From: Planctomycetota bacterium
GTDB lineage: Bacteria > Planctomycetota > GCA-002687715 > CAIWVZ01
DNA: 64,000 nt
Direction of reading: 5' to 3'
Assembly: GCA_044222185.1 (NCBI GenBank)
Contig: JBGANV010000001.1
Location: 1,664,001 to 1,728,000, forward strand
This document shows, in pieces, positions 1 through 9,102 of the stretch. Position numbers and translations under genes: made by a program. The notes beneath the pieces are model-generated. The model had not been told where the DNA came from. It saw nothing but the letters and a program-made list of their open reading frames with translations, and did not search any database. The number at the start of each line of letters is the position of its first letter. The stretch's first letter is position 1.

Positions 1-777
1 CCAATCCGCGCTTGGCCGGTACATCCATCCGAGCGTGGTGCCCAATCCCAGTGCCGTTCCCGATTCGAAGTGCCCTTCGATCCGCACGTCGTCGATGCCG
101 AACTGCTGGTGGAGCAACACGCCCCAGGGGGTTCCGAGCGGACTCGCGCCCTGGAATGTCAGGACGGGAATCTCCAGTGGCTCGAGATCGTCGAGCGTGG
201 ACTCGGTCACCGAGATCGTCGCCCCGAACGACATCTCACGCGACACCTGCCACGCCGCGCCAAAATGGACGCCAGTGTAGAGGTAGTCGACCATGCGATG
301 CGTGGAGATGGGCTCCACGAAGTCCTGAGTGTGGAGTTCGAGGTCGCTGCGGAAGCCCGCGATGTGTTGCAGCCCCAGCCCGAAACGGATGTCGTCGGGT
401 TCGCCGGCGTCGCCGGGTGACGGGTCCCACGCGAGGCTCACGTAGGGCGCGGCGACGAAGCGCTCGTCCTCAACCCCCTGGGGATTGAAGTCGTCTTCGT
501 AGCCGGAGCGCAACCAGAAGCCGCGCCCAGTGATGTCGAAGCGCCACGCATTCGCGATGCGCGTGAGCCCGGCGGGGTTGCTCAACAGCGCCGAGAGGTC
601 CTCCGCGATCGCGACGTCGACGCCCCCGCGACCGGCCGCGCGCGCATCGGTTGCAACGAAGTCAGCGGCGCGCTGGCCGTGGCAGGCGACGGCGACGAAG
701 GCGAGCACGACCACGACATCGAGGGTTCGCCTCCCGCGCTCGGGCGCGCGTGCGCCGCCCACGGACGAGCGCGTCAC
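1..777 (-). CDS. OmpP1/FadL/TodX-family outer-membrane transporter (3'-truncated by window edge)
   Basis: Not in the ORF track because it runs off the window. Minus frame from GTG at 777 (GTGA overlap with the upstream stop) reads MTRSS...VVVVLAFVAVACHGQRAADFVATDARAAGRGGVDVAIAEDLSALLSNPAGL. This matches the FadL-family N-terminal 'GxGG...A.D.SA...NPAGL' signature and is followed by amphipathic beta-strands. Confidence 0.75.
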   Translation of the reverse strand, partial: MTRSSVGGARAPERGRRTLDVVVVLAFVAVACHGQRAADFVATDARAAGRGGVDVAIAEDLSALLSNPAGLTRIANAWRFDITGRGFWLRSGYEDDFNPQGVEDERFVAAPYVSLAWDPSPGDAGEPDDIRFGLGLQHIAGFRSDLELHTQDFVEPISTHRMVDYLYTGVHFGAAWQVSREMSFGATISVTESTLDDLEPLEIPVLTFQGASPLGTPWGVLLHQQFGIDDVRIEGHFESGTALGLGTTLGWMYRPSADW

Positions 778-2342
778 GGCGTCGGGGTCCAGATCTCCGC
801 ATTCGTGAGCGCGGCACCCTGGTTCGCGGTCCCGCCGCCACCGATCAGGATCACACCCTCCGGCGTGTAGTCGGCCGTGTGCGCCTGTCGCGCCAACGGC
901 ATGGGGTTCAGAAGCGTGAATCCGGTGGCAGCCGTGTACCGGTATGCGTTGGCGACGGCAGTGAAATTCCCCACGGCACCCACGGCACCGCCGCTGATGT
1001 AGATCGAGCCGTCCGGCATCGTGACGGATGCCTGCAGGGCGAGCGTCACGCCCCCCGGCAACGCGGGGCCGGCCGTCCAGGTGTTGGACACCTCGTTGTA
1101 GATCTCCGTCGAGCCGGTGGTCGCAACCAGCGTCCCGCCCGCGCCGCCGACCGCCAAAACCGTGCCATCTGGCCGGAGGTTAAGGGTGTGGGCAATGCGC
1201 GAGACGGCCATGTTCGGGATCGAGATGAACGCGTTCGTGGCCGGGTCGTAGAGGTCGCACGTCGTCGCGTACTGCGGGATTCCGACTCCAAAGAGGCTGG
1301 TGCCGCCGCGGACGCCGCCGCACAAGAGGACGCGACCGCTGTTGAGCTTGATCGCCGCATGGCCGAAGCGCTTCGACGACATGATGTTCGCGACGTTCGT
1401 GAACGTGTTCGTCGCGGGGTCGAAGACCTGCGCCGTGTCCTGCGCGGCCTGGAAGATCGGAAGGTAGTTCGTCGATCCCGGCGGGTTCACGGTGAACGAG
1501 CTGGCACCGCCAGCGATCAGGATGCGGCCGTTGTTGAGCATCGTCGCCGTGTGACCGATGCGGGTCGTGTTCATCGTCGGGCCGGGATTCCACGTGCTCG
1601 TCGCCGCATCGTAGAGCTCGGTCGTCGCGAGGCCCGGCCCACCGGTGAGTGATCCGCCGGTCGTCAGCACACGCCCGTCCTGGAGCGTGGTGACCGTGTG
1701 GAGCGTTCGCGGGGTCGACATGGCCGTGTCGGGCGTGAACGTGCGCAGATAGGGGTTGTACCGCTCGCAGTTTGCCGAGGAGATCGGCCCGAGCAGAGCG
1801 CCGGAGCCGCCGCCCACGATGAGGTAGCCACCGTTGGGGAGTATGGCGGTCTTTTGGAAGGCTCGTGCCTCGGTCATCGCTCCGAACGCCCCGTGGTAGG
1901 AGTCCAGGGTGCCCAGTTGGATCGAGCGGGCGTTGCTCAGTGCGAAGCCTGCGCCGGCGGTGGCGACGACCTGCGAGTAGACGGTCAGCCCGTCCAGCCC
2001 AGGCACGCCGGGAATCGCCAGCGGAAACGAAGCCTGGCCACTGCCCGGCATCGGCGGAATTCCGGCCGCGAAGCCGTCGAGGAGGAAGAAGAGCCCGGGC
2101 GTGAGCCCGAGCCAAACCGTGCCGACGCCTGGCACGGGGACCTGCCCCGGCAGACCGTCGACGGCGACGGCATAGAGTGCGCCAGGGGTCGCGCCGATGG
2201 TCAACGTGAGCGTTCCACCGAGCTTCGCGGGTGTCGTAAGGAGTGTGGCCGGGCCCTGCGAACCGAGGCCCGCTTGAGCGAGAGCCGCCCCGCAGAGGAC
2301 GACGAACGCGACCAGGTTGCGGATGCGTGAGTGGCAGATCAT
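774..2342 (-). CDS. Secreted Kelch-repeat (galactose-oxidase-like beta-propeller) protein with N-terminal beta-sandwich module
   Basis: Signal peptide ending ALA-Q; about 7 Kelch repeats (R..HT.T.L.DGRVL..GG....ELYD.....W). Confidence 0.85.
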   Translation of the reverse strand: MICHSRIRNLVAFVVLCGAALAQAGLGSQGPATLLTTPAKLGGTLTLTIGATPGALYAVAVDGLPGQVPVPGVGTVWLGLTPGLFFLLDGFAAGIPPMPGSGQASFPLAIPGVPGLDGLTVYSQVVATAGAGFALSNARSIQLGTLDSYHGAFGAMTEARAFQKTAILPNGGYLIVGGGSGALLGPISSANCERYNPYLRTFTPDTAMSTPRTLHTVTTLQDGRVLTTGGSLTGGPGLATTELYDAATSTWNPGPTMNTTRIGHTATMLNNGRILIAGGASSFTVNPPGSTNYLPIFQAAQDTAQVFDPATNTFTNVANIMSSKRFGHAAIKLNSGRVLLCGGVRGGTSLFGVGIPQYATTCDLYDPATNAFISIPNMAVSRIAHTLNLRPDGTVLAVGGAGGTLVATTGSTEIYNEVSNTWTAGPALPGGVTLALQASVTMPDGSIYISGGAVGAVGNFTAVANAYRYTAATGFTLLNPMPLARQAHTADYTPEGVILIGGGGTANQGAALTNAEIWTPTP

Positions 2343-2444
2343 GGAATCACCTCAGGAAGGGCGCCGGTGCGGCGCGAAGGCGGCAGTATACAAGCGCCAC
2401 CCCACGACGTCGCGTCGCGGACGATCGCAGCTACGATCCTCGCC

Positions 2445-4946
2445 ATGTCAGCCAACGCACTCGCCCCGGTTTTTGCCCGCACGGTCGCGGTCGCCATCGT
2501 CTCGTTGGCGGCGATCGGACTCACCAGTTGTGGTCGGAATGACGTCCGCCAGACGCACTCTCTGCCGACGATCGATCTGGGCGGGCCGCCCGCCGGTGCG
2601 CACTACGACCTCACGCTCCTCTTCACCAACGACATCCATGCGCAGGTGGTGCCATTCGGCAACCCGTCGAAGGGCGGCCTCGCGCGTCACGCCAGATTGA
2701 TGAGCTGGATCCGCGACGAGGCGGCCGCGCGGAACACGGGCATCCTCGCGCTGAACGCGGGGGACAATTTCGAAGGGTCATTGTTCTACGACGCGGACGG
2801 TGGTGCGTTCGTCTTCCGACTGCTGGATCGGCTGGGATACGACGTGTGCCAGGTGGGAAACCACGACCACCAGTTCGGCTCGCAGCGGTTGTACGACGTG
2901 CTCGCGACGGCGTTCCCCGGGTTCGATCAGCACATGCGAATCACCTTCGGCAACGTGAATCCGTCCACGCTCGACACGACCGGCACGCTGCCGCAGGTTC
3001 CGGTCGCACCGGAGGTGGTCGGGGCGTTCGAGAACGGATTCGCCGACGTCACGCCCGGCAACCTCGATCGCACCCGGATGGACGCACCATTCGCAAACGG
3101 CTTCGTCTTCAATCAGAGCCTGTTCTTCGAGCGCAACGGGATCCGCATCGGAGTCTTCGGCGTCGATACGGACGAGGTCCTCTACACCGGCGTCCCCGGG
3201 CCGGGGACGCTCTTCCCCGACCCGAGTCAGACCAGCGAGTTCCTCACGTTCTATGACGCACTCGCGGCTCCCTACGCGTCCCAGATGATCGCCTACCTCG
3301 ACGACCCGGACGGCGATCCCCAGACCGACGACGGCGCGGACGTCATCGTCTGCGTCTCGCACCTGGGGACCGACGTCGAACTGCAACTTGCCGCGCAGGC
3401 GGTCGCACCCAACGGGCGGACGATCGACGTCGTCGTGGGCGGACACTCGCACACACGCCTGAACACCGCGGTTCCGGTGACGCACTCGAACGGCAAGACG
3501 ACCTTCGTCGTCCAGTCCGGGTCGCGCGGCGAATACCTCGGTCGCATCGACCTCGCCGTGGATCCCCCGACGAACGGCGTCACGCTCGTGAATTGCAAGC
3601 TCATCGAAGTCGACGATCGGATCCCCGAGGATCAAGCCCTGAGCGACGCCATCGCCGCCGAGGCCGCACGTCCGGGCGGACTGAACGCGCAATTCGCGGA
3701 TCCGCTCCACGCGACGCTGTGTGACTGCGACGTGCACCTCCCAGGCGACATCAGCGCGCCGAACGCGCTCGGCAACCTGGCGGCAGACGCGGCCCTCGCC
3801 GCCGCTCAACCGCAGGGCGCCGACATGGCGCTGATCGGGAGTTTCGTGTTCCGCGCCGACGTCGCCGCCGGCCCGGTCACCCGTGCCGCTGCGGCGGAGG
3901 TGTTCCCGCTGCACACGCTGGACCGGAGCGGCCTCAACCGCGACAGCCTTCACCTCGTCGACTTCGCGGGAGGGTTCGTCGTCGCACCGAATCTCGCGGC
4001 GCTCTTCGATCCCAACCAGACGCCTGCGACCTTCACGAACATCACGCGAATCGAGTACTTCCTCGAGATCGTCTACTCGCTCCAGGGGTTCCTCAACGTG
4101 CTCGCACCGGTGTTCGGCCCGAACATCGGGACGATCGAGCCGTTCATCAGCGGGCTCCAATGGAGCGGAATCGAGTTCGTCGTCGATCAGGAAGCACCGC
4201 TCTTCCAGCGCATCGACACGGCGTCCATCCGCATCGCTGGCGTTCCCCTCGTCGGGCACGAGACGCTTCCCCACCGCATCGCGATGAACTCCGTCCTTGC
4301 AGAGATCGCCATGCCATTCATCGGGTTCGCCGCGACCGTGGAGAGTCCTCCGGGGTCGGGACTCTCCGAGCCCCTGCTCGACTACGACCCCAACTCGGCC
4401 GAGACGGGGATCAGCCTGGCGAACGCCCTATCCACGCGACTCTCGGCCCTCGGACGGATCACCGCAGCGAACTCGGCGATCGGCGGCGATCGCGTTCGCC
4501 CCCGCGGACCGGACCTCTTCTTCGATCCGGGCGCCGCCGTTCTGACGCCGCCGTCGGTGCCGGCCGGTTACGCCGTTTCGGTGACGCTGCCGGTCCGCAA
4601 CGCGGGAGACACCGGGGTCGCCGGGGCGACGCTGGAGCTTCTGCTCGACCTCACGCCCAACTCGGGTACCGACGATCCCGACGGTTACACCGATGGCATC
4701 ACCGGCGTCAGCGAAAACGTCGTCGCATCGGTTCCGGTCGGTAGCGTTGCACCGTTCGCCGGTGGAATGGCGGGCACGACTCTCGTCACTGCCCGCATCG
4801 TCATCCCGTCGCTGATCCCCCCGGGCAGCTACCGGATCCGCCCACGGATCCGGGATGTGGTGTCGAGCGACGCCGCCCACCCGGAACGTGTCACGGCGAA
4901 CAACTTTTCAAACAGCCTCTTCGTGACGCTCTGGGTCTCGCCGTAG
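2445..4946 (+). CDS. Lipoprotein, calcineurin-like metallophosphoesterase / 5'-nucleotidase with C-terminal CARDB-like domain
   Basis: Lipobox LTS-C; motifs TNDIH, AGDNF, GNHD, SHLG, GGHSH; LGNLAADA 5'-nucleotidase C-domain; VRNAGD CARDB-like tail. Start moved to ATG 2445, which has a TACGAT -10 box 7 nt upstream. Confidence 0.85.
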   Translation: MSANALAPVFARTVAVAIVSLAAIGLTSCGRNDVRQTHSLPTIDLGGPPAGAHYDLTLLFTNDIHAQVVPFGNPSKGGLARHARLMSWIRDEAAARNTGILALNAGDNFEGSLFYDADGGAFVFRLLDRLGYDVCQVGNHDHQFGSQRLYDVLATAFPGFDQHMRITFGNVNPSTLDTTGTLPQVPVAPEVVGAFENGFADVTPGNLDRTRMDAPFANGFVFNQSLFFERNGIRIGVFGVDTDEVLYTGVPGPGTLFPDPSQTSEFLTFYDALAAPYASQMIAYLDDPDGDPQTDDGADVIVCVSHLGTDVELQLAAQAVAPNGRTIDVVVGGHSHTRLNTAVPVTHSNGKTTFVVQSGSRGEYLGRIDLAVDPPTNGVTLVNCKLIEVDDRIPEDQALSDAIAAEAARPGGLNAQFADPLHATLCDCDVHLPGDISAPNALGNLAADAALAAAQPQGADMALIGSFVFRADVAAGPVTRAAAAEVFPLHTLDRSGLNRDSLHLVDFAGGFVVAPNLAALFDPNQTPATFTNITRIEYFLEIVYSLQGFLNVLAPVFGPNIGTIEPFISGLQWSGIEFVVDQEAPLFQRIDTASIRIAGVPLVGHETLPHRIAMNSVLAEIAMPFIGFAATVESPPGSGLSEPLLDYDPNSAETGISLANALSTRLSALGRITAANSAIGGDRVRPRGPDLFFDPGAAVLTPPSVPAGYAVSVTLPVRNAGDTGVAGATLELLLDLTPNSGTDDPDGYTDGITGVSENVVASVPVGSVAPFAGGMAGTTLVTARIVIPSLIPPGSYRIRPRIRDVVSSDAAHPERVTANNFSNSLFVTLWVSP

Positions 4947-5287
4947 CGCGCCACGGCGCAGGAGAACGACCAGCGCTGGAGACTCAGCCTCGTGCGCCGA
5001 CGAGCGACCCACCCTCGGCGGGCGCGGTGGGACCAGCCGCCAGCCACGGATACGCCGACCGCCCGGAGCGCCACGCGACCTGTCCGTGCCGCCTGAGCGA
5101 AGTCGTCCGCAAGTCACGACGTCGCATTGCGAAGCTGCAGGCCACCATGGAAAAGGCGCGCTCGCGGACGCGCACCTCTCGCATGCGGAATGGTAGATTC
5201 CCGCCGCTCTCCGGGATGAGGTCCTACGACCCCGGGTTTGCCATTCGTGACCCTCGCGCCCCGAGAGCACTCAACACGGAGTCCTGA

Positions 5288-6505
5288 ATGTCCATCCGAT
5301 CATTGTTGATTCTCGCCGTCGCGTCGGTCTCGCTGGTCGCCCAGCAGGCCGGCACCGTCAACCGCAACTACACGGTCAACGCCAACGGTGCTCTGGCGAT
5401 CGACACGACGACCTGCACGCAGACGGTCGCCTATGACTCGGTTGCTGCGCCCGGCACGATGGCGAACGTCTATTCGACCCAGGACGCGAACACGCCAGTC
5501 GCCTGGCTTGCGAGCCCGAACTTCAGCCTTCCGGGGCTGCCCTTCGGACCGAACGAGGTGAACCTCGGCACGCCGGGCCTCGGCTTCGCCGACGTCTCGA
5601 TCCTCGCGGACGGCAGCGCGCCCGGGTTCATCAACTCGCTCTTCCGCACGGACAACCTCAGCGGCACGACGCACTCGTTCTCGATCTCGGTCCCGACGAA
5701 CATCACGCTCGTCGGCCAGATCCAGAATTTCTGCATGCTGCACTTCGCGGCTTCGTCACCCGTGGGCGTCTGGGTCTCGCAAGTTCACAACGTGGGCTTC
5801 GGGATCCCGAACGCGGCGCCCCAGAACCCGAACCCGAATGCGATCGATCCATTCCTCCAGGCTGGAACCGCGACGCCGAACGGAGCCTCGACGGCGCTCG
5901 TCGGCCCGGGCGACGACACCTCGACGCTGCAGGCCCTCGGAATGAGCTTCACGTTCTACGGAACGACGTACACCCAGCTGTGGGCCGGGTCCAACGGCTA
6001 CCTGACGGCGACGTCCTTCACGACGCTCACCGAATCGGCGGCCACGCTGGTCACCGCACCCGCCAAGATCGTCGCCTGGTGGGATGACCTGAACTTCAAC
6101 GCGACCGGCGCGGCCGGCAACGCCTCCCTGCGCTTCTACACGGACGGCGTGTCGACGTGCGAGTTCTCCTGGGTGTCCGTGCCCGAGTTCGCCACGACCT
6201 GGTCCGCCACGAACCAGAACAACTTCAAGATCACGCTCACGCAGGGCGCCGGCGGCGGCACGATCACGATGGACTACGGCCTCATGGCTTCCGTCGACGG
6301 CCTGGCCGGTCTCAGCGCTGGTACGGCGGCGTACTCGGGTCTCGCGGTCAACCTCACGCGGGGTGTCCCAGCATCCGCGAACCCGGTGTGCGCCAACCGC
6401 GACCCGTACGAGCTGTTCACGTCCGGTGCGGCTGGCAACGACCTCGGCGGGAAGCAGATCACCTGGATCCTCGACGGAACGGGCACTCCGATCGCCTGGT
6501 TCTGA
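5288..6505 (+). CDS. Secreted protein with nidogen(NIDO)-like domain; paralog of 6907..8130
   Basis: Signal peptide (LVA-QQ), RBS GGAG, DDTS...LGMSFTFYGTTY...SNGYLT...WWDDL motif, strong codon bias. Confidence 0.8.
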   Translation: MSIRSLLILAVASVSLVAQQAGTVNRNYTVNANGALAIDTTTCTQTVAYDSVAAPGTMANVYSTQDANTPVAWLASPNFSLPGLPFGPNEVNLGTPGLGFADVSILADGSAPGFINSLFRTDNLSGTTHSFSISVPTNITLVGQIQNFCMLHFAASSPVGVWVSQVHNVGFGIPNAAPQNPNPNAIDPFLQAGTATPNGASTALVGPGDDTSTLQALGMSFTFYGTTYTQLWAGSNGYLTATSFTTLTESAATLVTAPAKIVAWWDDLNFNATGAAGNASLRFYTDGVSTCEFSWVSVPEFATTWSATNQNNFKITLTQGAGGGTITMDYGLMASVDGLAGLSAGTAAYSGLAVNLTRGVPASANPVCANRDPYELFTSGAAGNDLGGKQITWILDGTGTPIAWF

Positions 6506-6543
6506 TCCGTGATCGCGCGCTCTGCGCGCAACGGACGACCGCG

Positions 6544-6579
6544 CACGGGCACGGCAAGAGGCCGTGCCCGTGTTCGTTT
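6544..6579 (+). terminator. Rho-independent terminator
   Basis: CACGGGCACGGC-AAGAG-GCCGTGCCCGTG perfect 12-bp stem followed by TTCGTTT, 38 nt after the 5288..6505 stop. Confidence 0.8.
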
Positions 6580-6906
6580 GGGGCCGACGCCATCGATGAG
6601 AGCTGGCGAGCGCCACGATCGGCCGCGGGCTGCAGGCCGAATCAGCCGCAGCCAACGCCCCACGCAATCCCCTGCGTGACAGCGACTTGGGCCGACGAAC
6701 CCCGCCGGTCCATCGACGCCGCGGACACGAGATCGTCCAAAAACTCCCCCGCCAGATTCCGCAGTGGCATCCCGCGCCGCGCAACTCCTGAGCTGGTAAG
6801 CTCCGCGCCCAATCGCGGCGATCGCCTGCAATTCACGGCGCCCGCGTCTCCATTCAACCGACGCGTGAGCGCGCGTCGATGCCCCCATTACTGGAGTGCC
6901 TGAACC

Positions 6907-8130
6907 ATGTCCACGCGGCCCATCGTCCTCGCGGGCCTTCTTGCTGCGGTGCTCAACGCCCAGCAAGCCGGCGACGCCAACCGGAACTACACGATCAACG
7001 GCAATGGTGCGCTCGCGATCTCAGCGTGTCTTCCGACGATTGCCTACGACTCCGTCCCTATTCCCGGCTCGATGACGAACGTCTACACGACGTCAGATGC
7101 GGCCGCGCCGGTGATCTGGGCGACGAGTCCGACGTTCACCGTCCCAGGCCTCGGCTTCGGCCCGAACGAGGCGAACCTCGGTACGCCGCCGAGCTTCGCG
7201 AACGTGACCTTCATCGGCGACGGAACGCAACCCGGCTTCCTCAACTCCGTGTTTCGAACGGATTCGAACACCGGGCCGACGCACGCATTCACGCTCGCGG
7301 TGCCGACGAACCCGCTCATGCTGAACCTGGTGGAACGGTTCTGCATGATCCACTTCTCGCCGACCTCGTCGGTTGGAGCGTGGGTCTCGCAGACGCACAG
7401 CGTCGGATTCGGGTTCACTCACAACCCGCCACCCCCGCCAGGTTCGGTGGATCCGTTTCTCGCCATCGGCAACGCCGCTCCGGCGCCGAATGCCGCGCCG
7501 ATTGCCGGCGCGGGTGACGACTCTTCGACTCCCGTCGCGCTGGGCTTCAGCTTCACGTTCTTCGGCGTGAACTACAGCACGCTCTACGTCGGGTCGAACG
7601 GCTACCTGACGTCGACGCCATTCCAGGCATTCACCGAATCGGTCGCGGCATTCACCGGTGGACCCGCGCCCAACAACGCGGCGAAGATCTGTGCGTTCTG
7701 GGACGACTTCAACCTGCTTGCTGCCGGCGCCGCGGGGAACGCGAGCCTGAAGTTCGCGACGGATGGAGCGTCGCAATGCGAGTTCAGTTGGGTGGCGGTT
7801 CCCGAGTTCGGCAGCATCTGGTCCGCGACGAACCAGAACAACTTCAAGGTCACGCTGACGCAGGGTGCCGGCGCGGGCACCGTGACGATCGACTTCGGCC
7901 TCATGGCCGCGCTGGACGGACTCGTCGGTCTGAGTCCCGGCGGGAACCCCGGCCTCGCGACCGCGCAATCCGTGAACTTCAGCTTCGGTCCGGCCGGATC
8001 GAACAACCCCATCTGCACGGGCCGCGCCGTGTACGAGATGTTCGTCGGCGGGTCGGCCCCGAACGACCTGGCCGGTCGCTCGATCACGTTCCTCTTGGAC
8101 TCCACGGGAACGCCCATCTATTGGCAGTGA
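6907..8130 (+). CDS. Secreted NIDO-like domain protein; tandem paralog of 5288..6505
   Basis: Signal peptide (LNA-QQ); colinear with 5288..6505 (NRNYTxNxNGALAI, CEFSWVxVPEF..WSATNQNNFK.TLTQGAG). Confidence 0.8.
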   Translation: MSTRPIVLAGLLAAVLNAQQAGDANRNYTINGNGALAISACLPTIAYDSVPIPGSMTNVYTTSDAAAPVIWATSPTFTVPGLGFGPNEANLGTPPSFANVTFIGDGTQPGFLNSVFRTDSNTGPTHAFTLAVPTNPLMLNLVERFCMIHFSPTSSVGAWVSQTHSVGFGFTHNPPPPPGSVDPFLAIGNAAPAPNAAPIAGAGDDSSTPVALGFSFTFFGVNYSTLYVGSNGYLTSTPFQAFTESVAAFTGGPAPNNAAKICAFWDDFNLLAAGAAGNASLKFATDGASQCEFSWVAVPEFGSIWSATNQNNFKVTLTQGAGAGTVTIDFGLMAALDGLVGLSPGGNPGLATAQSVNFSFGPAGSNNPICTGRAVYEMFVGGSAPNDLAGRSITFLLDSTGTPIYWQ

Positions 8131-8154
8131 CCCCGTCGACCGGTCCCAACCCGC

Positions 8155-9102
8155 TCAATATCCGAGGGCTGGATCCACGTTCAGGCGCGGCGTCCGTCCG
8201 GCGCGGATGTCCGCGAGGGAATCGAGGAAGCTCCCCGCCGCCTCGCTCACCTCGGTGAGCGCGGAGCAGTGCGGTGACACGATGATGCGAGGGTCGCGCC
8301 ACAGTGGCGAGTCGGCGGGCAACGGCTCCGTCTCGAACACGTCCAGTGCTGCCCCGGTCAGGCAACCCGCGTCCAACGCCGCAACCATCGCGTCGTGGTC
8401 GACCACCGCGCCGCGAGCGACGTTGATCAGGAACGCGCCGCGACAGCCGCCGAGAACACGGGCATCGAACGACCGCCAGGTCTGCTCCGTCAGGGGCAGC
8501 GTGAGGATCACCCATCGCGCGGTCGAGAGCACGGCTGCCACATCGGTGAACGGGACGACCGTCTCGAATGCACCGGAAGCTCGGCCGGTGCGCGAAACCC
8601 CAACCGCGCGCGCCCCGGCGCCGCGGAACAGGCGCCCGACCGCGGCCCCGATGTCACCGGTCCCGACGACGACCGCCGTAGTTCCCTCGAAGTCGATGGG
8701 ATCGAGCTTCTGCCACCGTGCGCCAGCCTGCTGCATGAGCAGTTCAGGCATGCGCTGCGAGACGAACAGCGCGCGCGCGAGGCAGTACTCGGCGATGCGC
8801 ACGCCGAACCGGCCGCGTGTCCGGGTGAGGATGCGTCCCGTCGCCCATGGCTTGCGGAACAGGAATGCATCGACGCCCGCCCCGGTGGATTGAACCCAGC
8901 GAATCGATCCGAGCCCGCAGGACGGAGGCCGAAATCCGACGAACGTATCCGCCCAGCTCACGTCCTCGGGAGTGACGCTCTCGAGTGCACGCGCCCGGAA
9001 GGACAGCTCGGGGACGCGCGCCGCGACGAAGCGCGCCAGTTCCTCGCCGAGACGGTCCGCGACGAGGATCCGGTCCGGAGAGAACGCCGCAGGACCGGTC
9101 AC
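8155..9102 (-). CDS. D-2-hydroxyacid dehydrogenase family protein
   Basis: GAGVD, GTGDIG, INVARG, GAALDVFETEPLP, SPHCS motifs. Real start is probably GTG at 9102 (GTGA overlap with preA stop), not 10095. Confidence 0.85.
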   Translation of the reverse strand: MTGPAAFSPDRILVADRLGEELARFVAARVPELSFRARALESVTPEDVSWADTFVGFRPPSCGLGSIRWVQSTGAGVDAFLFRKPWATGRILTRTRGRFGVRIAEYCLARALFVSQRMPELLMQQAGARWQKLDPIDFEGTTAVVVGTGDIGAAVGRLFRGAGARAVGVSRTGRASGAFETVVPFTDVAAVLSTARWVILTLPLTEQTWRSFDARVLGGCRGAFLINVARGAVVDHDAMVAALDAGCLTGAALDVFETEPLPADSPLWRDPRIIVSPHCSALTEVSEAAGSFLDSLADIRAGRTPRLNVDPALGY

